Positions 47,779 through 56,877 of a stretch of DNA of 64,000 bases are shown here, piece by piece (position 1 is the first letter of the stretch; each line of letters opens with the position of its first letter). The stretch spans positions 128,001-192,000 of the forward strand of contig JAZJZE010000001.1 in assembly GCA_040390065.1 (NCBI GenBank). Direction: 5' to 3'. This stretch comes from a bacterium (GTDB lineage Archaea; Thermoplasmatota; E2; JACPAO01; JAHFTW01). The position numbers and the translations under genes were made by a program. The notes below the pieces were generated by a model. It did no database searches. It was not told the origin of the DNA and saw nothing but the letters and a program-made list of their open reading frames with translations.

Positions 47779-47944
47779 ACACAGATTTCCCAGACCTGCC
47801 TCTGAATCATGTGGGCGTCGCGCACCAGAATTGCCCAGATGCACTTCCCCCGGCGTGGGGCCGCTGTTTCCGGAAACGAAAGTGCATCTGTGTCATTCTG
47901 ACGCAACCTGAGCGCCTCACAAATCCGTTCTGCGAAATCTGTGT
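47779..47944. repeat. Nested-palindrome intergenic repeat, copy 3
   Basis: Outer ACACAGATTTCCCAGA (47779-47794) / TCTGCGAAATCTGTGT (47929-47944); inner CAGAATTGCCCAGATGCACTT / AAGTGCATCTGTGTCATTCTG; lies between convergent genes. Confidence 0.85.
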
Positions 47945-47997
47945 CCAGCGGGAAAAGGGCTTTGGCCAGGATGTCTGGGCACCGTGGGCCCGCCCGT

Positions 47998-49404
47998 CTA
48001 TTGACCGCCATCCAGCGATGGATGCAGCCCCCACTCGGGCTTCAACACGTACAGACCAGTGTGCATGTCGGGCACGACGAGGTAGCCCTGATGTGTCCAC
48101 CCTGCGCCCCAGACGAAGGGCACGAGCGGCACGGGGACTTGGAAGAACGTGGCTGGCACGACGTTGGGCAAGTCATGTGGCTGGAACGCGGCGAGTGTCA
48201 CGGGCTTGGCCTGGCGGTCCTTGGTGCTGACGTCGAACACCCAGGCGCCGCCGTGGTACCAGCCGATGGCCACTTGTCCGGTCGGCGTGGCGGCAATCTC
48301 GTGCGCCGAGAACATGTAGCCCTGCCAAGGCAGCGTGGGTTTGATGGGCAAGCGCCACGTTCCCAGCAATTGTGGGTGCGTCGGATCGGTGACGTTGACA
48401 ATCGACACGACGTCGCCCGTGCTGCCTTCCTGCGGGATGTTGACGAACGACTCGCCGGCGAGGATGACGAGGGCGCGGCCGTCGACGAGGTGCGGGATGG
48501 GCGTCTGCTCGTGCCAGCCGGTCCACGGGTCCGATGAGGGGCCGTCGTAGAGCAGTTTGGGGTCGGCCGGGTTCTCGATGTCGTAGATGCGGAAGCTGTT
48601 GGATGCCCCCGTGTAGAGGACCCACCTGCCCGTCGCGGGGTGGCGCTGCGCTGTGGCGTCGTGCACGCCGGGGACGGTCGCGGCCACGGAGAAGGTCTGC
48701 GTGGCGCGGTCGAACGCGACGATCTCGGTGATCTCGGTGAAGACGTAGTCGGTGCCGTTGATGTTGGCTGTCTGCAAGTTGTGCGAGCCTTGCACGTTCA
48801 CGAATGCGGCAAAACGCGGATTGGCCCGGTCCGTGACGTTCACGGCCACGATGCCGTTGCCTTCCTCGCCCGGAGCATGCGGTTTCGAGGCATCGACGCA
48901 CGTGCCCTCGACGCTCGACTGCGGGTTCAGGGGACCAAGCGTCTGGCAGCCGTAGAACACGTAGTTTCCGTCGTCGGAGAAACGCGCCGTCCAGCCGTCG
49001 GCTGTCGACGGGTACCACGACACCGCCTTGGGCGCCGCCGGGTCCTTGATGTCGATGATGGCGAAGGCCAAGCCGCCCTCCATGCCGGAGACCACGGCCC
49101 AGTCGCCCCAAACGTCGACTTGCGTGATGGAGCCGCGCGTGCCGACCGGCAGGATGTCCTGCAGGCCGACGTGGCCGACCACCTCGAGGCCGTGGCCGCC
49201 GGTGTGCAGTTCGGGCACCTCGTGTGCGTGGTCCGGGTCGATGACGGTCGAGAAGTCGAAGGTTGGCGCCGGCGGCACGAACGGGGGGAACGGGTCGACC
49301 GTCAGCGCCGATGGACCGCCATCCGAACCCGCGGGGCCCGTCGTGGAACAGCCGGCAGCGACGACGGCCACGGCAAGCAAGGCGGAAAGGGGGCTCAGGC
49401 GCAT
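47998..49404 (-). CDS. LVIVD-repeat (beta-propeller) lipoprotein
   Basis: VAAGC lipobox; repeated IIDIKDP, AVNVTDRANP, IYDIENP and IVNVTDPTHP; FSAHE; YHGG. Confidence 0.85.
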   Translation of the reverse strand: MRLSPLSALLAVAVVAAGCSTTGPAGSDGGPSALTVDPFPPFVPPAPTFDFSTVIDPDHAHEVPELHTGGHGLEVVGHVGLQDILPVGTRGSITQVDVWGDWAVVSGMEGGLAFAIIDIKDPAAPKAVSWYPSTADGWTARFSDDGNYVFYGCQTLGPLNPQSSVEGTCVDASKPHAPGEEGNGIVAVNVTDRANPRFAAFVNVQGSHNLQTANINGTDYVFTEITEIVAFDRATQTFSVAATVPGVHDATAQRHPATGRWVLYTGASNSFRIYDIENPADPKLLYDGPSSDPWTGWHEQTPIPHLVDGRALVILAGESFVNIPQEGSTGDVVSIVNVTDPTHPQLLGTWRLPIKPTLPWQGYMFSAHEIAATPTGQVAIGWYHGGAWVFDVSTKDRQAKPVTLAAFQPHDLPNVVPATFFQVPVPLVPFVWGAGWTHQGYLVVPDMHTGLYVLKPEWGLHPSLDGGQ

Positions 49405-49509
49405 GCCGGGGCAGACGGGGGCCGCCATATCGCATTTTTGCGCATCGGCATCCGGTCAAGCAAATCCACCCCAAGGCCCTTTAATGGCCCCCTCGGTCGC
49501 GCAGTTGCC

Positions 49510-50199
49510 ATGCCGGACCGAAAGGACCTGGACCGACCCGCGACCGTCATCCTCACCGCGTTCGGCATCGTGTTCATGGCCGCAAGCATCCCGTTCCTGC
49601 CGGGGCTCTACTGCCTGTCACAATCGCACAACCCGGACCTCTGCGACAAGTTGCCGGCGACAGCCGTCGTGTACGACGTCGCTTGGACCCGGGTGGCCAT
49701 CGGCTCGCCCCAAGCGACCACCCTCACGACGGCGCCCGGCGATGCAACGGCGACCATCACGGTCTCGGACCAGATCGTCGGCGACATCCACGTCAAGATG
49801 GCCGGCCCGTCCGAGTGCACCGACACCTACAACCGCAACACGCAGAGCCCGGCGACGATGACGTGGACCCTCAAGTTCGACGGAACCACCATCAAGGAGC
49901 CAACGACGTTCACATGCGGCGCCCCCTTCGACGAGACGGTGACCCGGCACGCCGAGCCAGAAGTTGCTGCCGTCAGGGCGCTCAACGACACCGATGCCGC
50001 GACGCAGGTCCACAACGCGACGAAGGCGCAACGTGAGACTGGCAGCTACACGCTTACCATCCATGCGGACCGGCAGCCCGGCACCGTCCCGGACCTTCCC
50101 CCGGCCAACCCTGCTGCGACGATCTCCATCAAGATGACCATCGTCGCCGACGGCTTCGCAAGTGCCGCCAACCTCCACAAGATGGAGGCGTCCAAGTGA
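49510..50199 (+). CDS. Membrane-anchored hypothetical protein
   Basis: N-terminal TM and Thr-rich beta-type ectodomain; stop overlaps the permease start. Confidence 0.75.
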   Translation: MPDRKDLDRPATVILTAFGIVFMAASIPFLPGLYCLSQSHNPDLCDKLPATAVVYDVAWTRVAIGSPQATTLTTAPGDATATITVSDQIVGDIHVKMAGPSECTDTYNRNTQSPATMTWTLKFDGTTIKEPTTFTCGAPFDETVTRHAEPEVAAVRALNDTDAATQVHNATKAQRETGSYTLTIHADRQPGTVPDLPPANPAATISIKMTIVADGFASAANLHKMEASK

Positions 50200-51959
50200 G
50201 CGCCATCCCTAACAAGGGCAGCAGCACCCAGGCCGGTTTCCTCGCGCGCGGCATGTCGCGTTTCGGCTACCGCAAGAACGTCGACCAGCTCCTCGCCGAG
50301 GCGCACGACAAACAGGGCCTGGCGAAGACCCTGACCGCCTCGAACCTGGTCATGCTGGGCGTGGCCGGCATCATCGGCGGCGGCATCTTCGTCCTCGTCG
50401 GGTCCGGCATCATCAAGGCCGGCGCCCTCGTCGTGCCCGCCTTCATCGTCGCGGCCCTCATCTGCACCGTGGCCGGCCTGGCGTACGCCGAACTCGCCTC
50501 CGCCATCCCCGCATCGGGTTCCGCCTACGCATACATCTACACGGCCATGGGCGAACTGCCCGGATGGATGGTGGCTTGGGCCCTCATCCTCGAATATGCC
50601 GTCGGCGCAATTGCCGTCGCCGTCGCCTGCCGCAACAACCTGCTCGCGGTCATCAAGCAGGTCACGTGGATCTTCAACCCGGCCGACGCCGCCGCCCACA
50701 AGGACTACTTCACTGACCCGAGCAATCCATCCCTGTTCGGGTGGACGCACAGCCCGCTCGAGGCCGTGCGCGTGACGAACCTGGACGGCAGCTCCACCTA
50801 CCTTCATGGCATCATCAACATCCCGTCCATCATCATCGTCCTCCTCGTGACGATGCTCCTGGTGAAGGGCACGAAGGAGTCGGCGCGGTTCACGTCCGTC
50901 CTCGTCGTCCTCAAGGTCGCAATCCTCCTCTTCGCCATCGGGACCGCGCTGTTCTACTTCGACTCCTCCAACTTCGCGGACCCGCTGCCGCACCCGACGC
51001 CAGACGCCCCGAACATCCCGGACGTCCGGCAGTTCGGCCAAGCGGTCCTCGCCGCGTTCGGCGCCGCCGCCATCATGTTCTTCGCCTACATCGGATTCGA
51101 TTCCGTGTCGACCACCGCAGAGGAGACGAAGAACCCCAAGAAGGACCTGCCCATCGGCATCCTCGGCAGCCTCGGCATCTCGACCTTGCTGTACATCCTG
51201 GCGGCTGGCGCCCTCGTCGGCGCGTCACACTGGACGACGTTCGTGGGTGACTCCGCGGCCGCCAAGGCAGCCGCCGGCGAACCCTTCGGCTACGTCTTCG
51301 AGCAGCACGGTGCGCTCTCGATCACGCTCAGCAACGGCTCGCATTTCAGCCTCGGCGCCTTGCTCGTGAGGCTTGGAGCCATGATCGGAACCACGTCCGT
51401 CCTGCTGGTCCTCATCCTCGGCGGCGTGCGCGTCTTCTTCAACATGAGCCGCGACGGCCTCCTGCCTGGATGGATGAGCAAAGTGGGCCCGCGCGGCAAC
51501 CCCGCCAAGACCACGTGGTTCTACGGCGCCTTCACGCTGTTCTTCGCCGGCCTCCTGACGCTCGACGCTGCCGTGGAACTCGTCAACATCGGCACCCTGT
51601 TTGCATTCTTCATGGTCGTCCTGGCGGTCTGGATGTTCCGGCGCCGCCGCCCCGACGTGGAGCGGCCCTTCCGCATGCCGCTCTGGTCCGTCATGAACCG
51701 CAACGGCAAGCCCGTGCTGCCCATCCTGACCATTCTCGGCCTCCTCGGCATCATGGCCCTGATCTTCAGCCTCGACCCATTCACCCTCGTCGCGTCGGCG
51801 GCGTGGGCCGGCCTGGGACTCCTGGTCTACGCTTTCTACGGTATCCGCCACTCGAAGGAAGCGCACCACCGCCACGTCATGGCCAACCAGGAGTTGCCGG
51901 ACCCGTTCGCGGTCGGCCGCCCGGCTGGAACGACGGAAGAAGCGCCCCGCAAGAAGTAG
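50196..51959 (+). CDS. APC-family amino acid permease
   Basis: GIIGGGIF, YAELAS.IP.SGSAY.Y and FFAYIGFD..STTAEETKNP motifs. Confidence 0.95.
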   Translation: MSAIPNKGSSTQAGFLARGMSRFGYRKNVDQLLAEAHDKQGLAKTLTASNLVMLGVAGIIGGGIFVLVGSGIIKAGALVVPAFIVAALICTVAGLAYAELASAIPASGSAYAYIYTAMGELPGWMVAWALILEYAVGAIAVAVACRNNLLAVIKQVTWIFNPADAAAHKDYFTDPSNPSLFGWTHSPLEAVRVTNLDGSSTYLHGIINIPSIIIVLLVTMLLVKGTKESARFTSVLVVLKVAILLFAIGTALFYFDSSNFADPLPHPTPDAPNIPDVRQFGQAVLAAFGAAAIMFFAYIGFDSVSTTAEETKNPKKDLPIGILGSLGISTLLYILAAGALVGASHWTTFVGDSAAAKAAAGEPFGYVFEQHGALSITLSNGSHFSLGALLVRLGAMIGTTSVLLVLILGGVRVFFNMSRDGLLPGWMSKVGPRGNPAKTTWFYGAFTLFFAGLLTLDAAVELVNIGTLFAFFMVVLAVWMFRRRRPDVERPFRMPLWSVMNRNGKPVLPILTILGLLGIMALIFSLDPFTLVASAAWAGLGLLVYAFYGIRHSKEAHHRHVMANQELPDPFAVGRPAGTTEEAPRKK

Positions 51960-52028
51960 TCCGGTCTCGTGGCTACATCCGGCCCGCGCGTCGAAGTCTT
52001 GAAATAAACCCCCAGAGTCGCGCCGACC

Positions 52029-52373
52029 GTGGACGAGAAAGACCTGGACGACGACGACGTCATGGACGACGACGTCGAGGAGATCGTGCGCGACGAGCCC
52101 AAGGCGAGCGCGCCGCCCACGCCGGAAGGTCCGGGTTTCGTCGGCCGCATGTGGCACTACCAGCACGCCATCAACCGCAAGTGGGACGGCATGGGCAAGG
52201 GCCGCATCGCTCGCGTCCTGCGCATGGCGCGCAAGCCGGAGCCCGAGGAGTTCCGTCAATCCGCCGTCATCGTGCTCGTCGGCATCGCCATCATCGGCGG
52301 CATCGGCTTCTTCATGTATCTCCTGATGAGCGGCTTGATCCACTGGATCGACACCAACCTCAAGGGCGTTTAG
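52029..52373 (+). CDS. secE: Protein translocase subunit SecE / Sec61-gamma
   Basis: RVLRMARKPEPEEF..GIAIIGGIGF; lies upstream of spt5. Confidence 0.92.
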   Translation: MDEKDLDDDDVMDDDVEEIVRDEPKASAPPTPEGPGFVGRMWHYQHAINRKWDGMGKGRIARVLRMARKPEPEEFRQSAVIVLVGIAIIGGIGFFMYLLMSGLIHWIDTNLKGV

Positions 52374-52560
52374 CGACCTGCAAACAGGTCGATCATTTGC
52401 GATGCCCTGCGCCGGCTTCGCCTCGCGGCATCGCGGCGGGGGACTGCCGCCCCCCGCCCCTGGCCCCCCGCTGAGGGGCCTGCCGGCCCCCGCAACCCCC
52501 CGCGGGCTCGCGCGGCGGCGCTCGCTGCAAGGCGCTCCTTCGTGACCTGCGTGCAGGTCG
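52374..52560. repeat. GC-rich multi-hairpin (REP-like) intergenic element
   Basis: Bounded by similar hairpins CGACCTG-CAAA-CAGGTCG and GACCTGC-GT-GCAGGTC, with GGGG/CCCC stems inside. Confidence 0.45.
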
Positions 52561-52671
52561 ACAAGCCGGCCGCGGTTTCGGCGACTTTCCGCCTCCGAAG
52601 AAGTGAAATAAGGGCCGTTCCTCGCCGCATCTACCCCGTTTTCACCCAGCGGGAGCAAGCGGTGAACTTTC

Positions 52672-53370
52672 ATGGCTGACGAAGACAACCTTGGCATCCT
52701 CCCGACGAAGGAAGAACTGGAGAAGAAGGCCCAGGCCAAGCCCGCGCCCGCCGCGACGCCGGAGGCGCCCGCCGCCCCCGCCAAGAAGGGTCGCAAGGCC
52801 AAGCGCGCCGAGATCGCCGACACCGAGCCCGCGCCACTCGTCGGCACGCAGATCCTCGTCCTCAAGACGCAAGTCGGCCAAGAGCGCCGCGTCGCCGAGG
52901 CCCTTGGCAACAAGGCCCGCCGCTTCAAGGTCCCCATCCTCGGCCTGCTCGCCCCCGCGGAGCTTCGCGGTTTCGTCTTCGTCGAGACCAACAACCCGCT
53001 CGAGGCCGAGAAGTCGATCCGCGGCGTGTCCTACGCCCGCGCCCTCGTGACGCGCAACGAGGAGGTCCGCGACGAGAACGGCAACATCGCCCGCGACCGC
53101 CGCGGCAAGGTCGTCACCCGCAAGATTCCGGTCGACATCCCGTTCAGCGAGATTGCCCACTTCCTGACGCCGGTCTCCGCCGTCGCGAAGATTGCGGAAG
53201 GCGACATCGTGGAACTCGTGAGCGGTCCGTTCCGCGGCGAGAAGGCGAAGGTCACCCGCGTCGACGACACGAAGGAAGAGATCACCGTGGAACTCATCGA
53301 GTCCATGGTGCCCATCCCCATCACGGTGAAGGGCGAACACGTGCGCGTGCTCGAGAAGAGCCAGGCATGA
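52672..53370 (+). CDS. spt5: Transcription elongation factor Spt5 (NusG family)
   Basis: KTQVGQE, LRGFVFVE and KOW motif EGDIVELVSGPFRGEKAKV. Confidence 0.96.
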   Translation: MADEDNLGILPTKEELEKKAQAKPAPAATPEAPAAPAKKGRKAKRAEIADTEPAPLVGTQILVLKTQVGQERRVAEALGNKARRFKVPILGLLAPAELRGFVFVETNNPLEAEKSIRGVSYARALVTRNEEVRDENGNIARDRRGKVVTRKIPVDIPFSEIAHFLTPVSAVAKIAEGDIVELVSGPFRGEKAKVTRVDDTKEEITVELIESMVPIPITVKGEHVRVLEKSQA

Positions 53371-53549
53371 CCACACCAGTCGCGCCGGGCGACCTCGTCC
53401 TCGTCATGCAGGGGATGTTCCAAGGACAGCACGCCACGATTGTTGCGGTCGACGCGACCAAGGGGACGGCCAAGGGCAAGATCGTCGCATCGTGGATGCC
53501 TTTTGCCATGACGTTCAAGTTGGCGAACCTGCGTCGCGTCAGCGCCTGA
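53367..53549 (+). CDS. Stand-alone KOW-domain protein (60 aa)
   Basis: PGDLVLVMQGMFQGQHATIVAVD matches the KOW consensus; ATGA overlap with spt5. Confidence 0.7.
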   Translation: MTTPVAPGDLVLVMQGMFQGQHATIVAVDATKGTAKGKIVASWMPFAMTFKLANLRRVSA

Positions 53550-53699
53550 GGCCACCTTCGGCCTGGGCGGCCGCCATGACGCTGACCGAATGGCGCTACG
53601 GCAGCCGGGGGGGCGCATGTGGCCCCCTGCGCCTCGGACCGCAGGCCAACCCATGGGAACCGGTAGGGGCATAAGGGCGCGACTCGAATCGGCCTTGCG

Positions 53700-53903
53700 T
53701 TGGACTGGATGGCCATCGGTCTCGGCGGGCTTGGTGGGCTGCTGCTCTACCTCGGCTTTCCCTATCGCCAACGCCGGCGCGGATGGGGGCTGACGGAGCG
53801 GAAGCCCGGATGGGTCGACTTGCCGTGGGTGCCCAACCTGATTCTTGCCGCTGGTCTTCTGCTGGTCGCGGCGGCCGTCGTCCGCTTCGCCCTACAGGGT
53901 TGA
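53700..53903 (+). CDS. Small two-TM membrane protein
   Basis: Two hydrophobic helices with a basic loop. Confidence 0.55.
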   Translation: MDWMAIGLGGLGGLLLYLGFPYRQRRRGWGLTERKPGWVDLPWVPNLILAAGLLLVAAAVVRFALQG

Positions 53904-54218
53904 CGGGTGCCCCAAGAAACACGCTCCGCTCGTGGGAGAAACAAGATACCGGTCGGACCGCCAAAAATGATGGGTTGGTGGAGTCAGGTGGGTGGTTGTC
54001 GTGTGCTGCCCGGTCCCGTGAGGGTCCAGGTGGCATGCGGCCCGACCGGCAAACACGATGATACCGCGAGGGTGGATAAGAGGCAAAGTCGTGTATCCCA
54101 ACTGACGACCGCCCGCCCCTGCCCGCCTGGGGGGGAGGAGCCCATGCGCAGGGCCGCTTCCTCTCGATACCCGGGATACGCCGACAAGGCTTTTACCCTC
54201 GGCACGGGGTCTCCAGAT

Positions 54219-54764
54219 ATGACTTCGATGACGCTGATGCGCCTCCTGACCACCTACGCTGTCCTCGGTGGCCTCGTTCTCGTGGCCGTCGCCCCAGTCC
54301 ATGGCGACCCCGGAAACGGCAACGGCGGCGGCCAGGGCAATGGCAACGGGGGCGGAAACGGCGGCGGCAACAATGGTGCCGGCTCCGGCAGCAACTCCAC
54401 GAGCGGCGGCTCGTCGTCCGGCAACTCGACGAGCTCGTCGTCCAGCTCCTGCACCGAGTCGTGCTCGCAGGGAAACTCCACCTCCAGTTCGTCCAGCCAG
54501 GGCGGCTCGAATGGGGGCAACGCCATGGTGTCGGGGGCAACGGGCGCCGCCTCGGGCGCCATCAACTCAGGATGCAAGCCGGTGGCGCTCGAGACGGGAC
54601 CGGACCACCCGATGCGTCTCACGCTCAACCCGCTCCTCGGCTGGGTCTACATCAACCGCAACTGCCTAAAGGAATCCGTCGACCAGGTCGGCGCGGCAAT
54701 TGACTACGCCTTGCCGCCCCTCGGTCAAGCCGTCGTGAAGACTGTCCACAGCCTGATTGGATGA
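54219..54764 (+). CDS. Secreted Gly/Asn/Ser-rich protein
   Basis: Signal peptide ending APVHG; GNGNGG and poly-Ser tracts; ATGA overlap with the next gene. Confidence 0.7.
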   Translation: MTSMTLMRLLTTYAVLGGLVLVAVAPVHGDPGNGNGGGQGNGNGGGNGGGNNGAGSGSNSTSGGSSSGNSTSSSSSSCTESCSQGNSTSSSSSQGGSNGGNAMVSGATGAASGAINSGCKPVALETGPDHPMRLTLNPLLGWVYINRNCLKESVDQVGAAIDYALPPLGQAVVKTVHSLIG

Positions 54765-56338
54765 ACGCCAACCGCACCGGCCGCCGCGCGCGCCTGCAAG
54801 GCCGCGTCCCTCTCAAGGCAGCGGGAATCGCCGTCGTGTGCATGCTCGCCTTGCTCCCGATTGCGTCGGCACAGGCAAGTCTGGCGTCGGCGGAGGTCAC
54901 CTTCGCCAAGGCCAGGCTTTCGGGCAGCGTCGACGAGCGTTCGAGCGTGGACCTGCTGTACTTGCACCGCGAAGGCGCCCGGCCCGACGTCAACGCCCCG
55001 ATCATCGAGGCGACGGGCATCGTCAATGCCACCGAGTACGACTTGACCGCCTACGAGGCGGAGGCCGTCATCTACGAGAACACCGAAGGCGCCGTCTGCA
55101 TGGAGCCACTGTACTCCCTCGGCGTTCGCCACGGCTGCTACGAGCGCACCACCTACCTGCCGGCGGCGGGCACGGCGACGCTGCGCGGCGTCCAATCCTA
55201 CTACACGATCAACGTCCTGCGGCGCGACGGCGCGCCCCTCGACTTGGCGGCCTCGTACAAGCGCGCTGACCTTGCGCCGATGTCCGCCCCCGCCATGGAC
55301 GAAGGGGGAATCGCCGCCGCCGACCCCGGCCGTGCCAGCGATGTGGGCGGAAGTTCATGGAGTCGCCCGGTCGTGCCTGGCGACCACATCGAGACCGCCT
55401 TCACCGGAACGGGCAGCATCGACATCACCGGAAACGTCGTGGTCGAGATCGTCGGCATCGACTTCACCCTCACGGATGGCGCCGACCAGCGCACCCTCCA
55501 CAGCGGCACGGACCACCAGGCCACCGGCCCGGCGCCTGCCGGAGCCATGAGTTACCACTTCCTGCGCCTGCAAATCGCCGGCGGCCGCTTGCACGTCGAG
55601 ATGAACGACGACGCGACGGACCTGCGCTGGACGTCGACGCAGTCGACAGCACTCATCGAGGGCCCCTTCGCTCTCGAGAGCGCCAAGGGCACCGTCCACC
55701 TCGACGACGGACAGGACGTCGCGCTGGCCTCTCAGACGCTGAGCGGGGACGGCAGCAACTCCCTCAAGATCGCGCCGGGTTCTCAGCAACTCTCCGGACA
55801 AGTCACGCGCCAGACCGTCCAGCCGCAGACCACCGTTGCGGCCTCGGCGGCATCCGGCCCTCTGGCCCTTGCGGCCATCACGGCGGTCGTCCTGGCCCTC
55901 GCTCTTGCAATCGTGGCCCTGGCGCGCCGCCGCCACACGCCGCTCTTGGCGGAGGTCGAAGCGGCCATCGAAGCCGGCCACTACCGCCGCGCCGCGCGCG
56001 ACGCCGGACGCATCCTGCGCCGCCGCCCCAACATGGAGGACGCCCTCCTGAGCCGCGCGATTGCGCTGTGCAAGAGCGGCCACCCGGAGCGCGTCGTGCG
56101 GGAAGTCCAGGCGCACCTCGTGAAGGGCAAGCCCACCGATGGCTCACTCCACTACGTCCTTGGCTTGGCCTACCTGGACCTCGGACAGCGTCCGCAGGCC
56201 GAAGCCGTGTTCCAGGAAGCCCTGCGCCGCACCCCCTCGCTGCTCAATGATGTACAGGGGAAACTGGGTGTTGCGGGCACAACTACAAGAACCCCGGGAC
56301 CTCTCCAGGGCCCGGAGTCCACGCATGGCTACGCATAA
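54761..56338 (+). CDS. Signal peptide + ectodomain + TM + cytoplasmic TPR protein
   Basis: TM segment LALAAITAVVLALALAIVAL; TPR motif LHYVLGLAYLDLGQRPQAEAVFQEAL. Confidence 0.85.
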   Translation: MNANRTGRRARLQGRVPLKAAGIAVVCMLALLPIASAQASLASAEVTFAKARLSGSVDERSSVDLLYLHREGARPDVNAPIIEATGIVNATEYDLTAYEAEAVIYENTEGAVCMEPLYSLGVRHGCYERTTYLPAAGTATLRGVQSYYTINVLRRDGAPLDLAASYKRADLAPMSAPAMDEGGIAAADPGRASDVGGSSWSRPVVPGDHIETAFTGTGSIDITGNVVVEIVGIDFTLTDGADQRTLHSGTDHQATGPAPAGAMSYHFLRLQIAGGRLHVEMNDDATDLRWTSTQSTALIEGPFALESAKGTVHLDDGQDVALASQTLSGDGSNSLKIAPGSQQLSGQVTRQTVQPQTTVAASAASGPLALAAITAVVLALALAIVALARRRHTPLLAEVEAAIEAGHYRRAARDAGRILRRRPNMEDALLSRAIALCKSGHPERVVREVQAHLVKGKPTDGSLHYVLGLAYLDLGQRPQAEAVFQEALRRTPSLLNDVQGKLGVAGTTTRTPGPLQGPESTHGYA

Positions 56339-56870
56339 GAGCCAAGGCATGAAGGGTCTGGTCCGCTCAATCCTCTCGGTCGGCAACGTGCTCGGCCCCG
56401 AGGAGGAAGCCCATCTTCTCGAACAACCACTGCGCCGCCGCTTGCTCGACATGATCGCCGAACAGCCCGGCATCCACGCAAGCCAGCTTTGCCGCAGCGC
56501 CGGCGAGCCATGGGGCACCGTGCAATACCACCTCAGCCTGCTGCACAAGGGCGAGATGGTGACTTCCGTGGAGGCCGGCCGCGAGCGCCGCTTCTTCCCG
56601 TCCGAGGTCGACCCACGCCGCGCCCGCCTGCTGGCGCTTCTGCACCAGGGCCGCCGCAGCGAGATCGCATCCTTCATCCGCGACCACCCCGGCTCGCGCC
56701 AAGTGGACATCTGCGACGCCCTCGACGTGTCACGCAAGACGTTCCGCTCCAGCGTCGAACCCATGGTCGAGGAAGGCCTCGTGAACGAGCGCCGCAGCCT
56801 GCAGGACAACCGGTACTTCCCGCAAGACGGCCTCGTCGAGATCCTCGGACCTGGGAACATCGGGTCGTAG
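56325..56870 (+). CDS. Tandem winged-HTH transcriptional regulator
   Basis: RRRLLDMIAEQPGI..GTVQYHLSLL and a second wHTH, IRDHPG..ICDALDVS. Confidence 0.88.
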   Translation: MATHKSQGMKGLVRSILSVGNVLGPEEEAHLLEQPLRRRLLDMIAEQPGIHASQLCRSAGEPWGTVQYHLSLLHKGEMVTSVEAGRERRFFPSEVDPRRARLLALLHQGRRSEIASFIRDHPGSRQVDICDALDVSRKTFRSSVEPMVEEGLVNERRSLQDNRYFPQDGLVEILGPGNIGS

Positions 56871-56877
56871 GTCGCGT

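Noticed and set aside
53904-54218. Possible structured ncRNA (CCGGTCGG...CCGACCGG stem)
   Set aside because: I found no RNase P or SRP RNA signature motifs, and stems like this are expected at this GC content.
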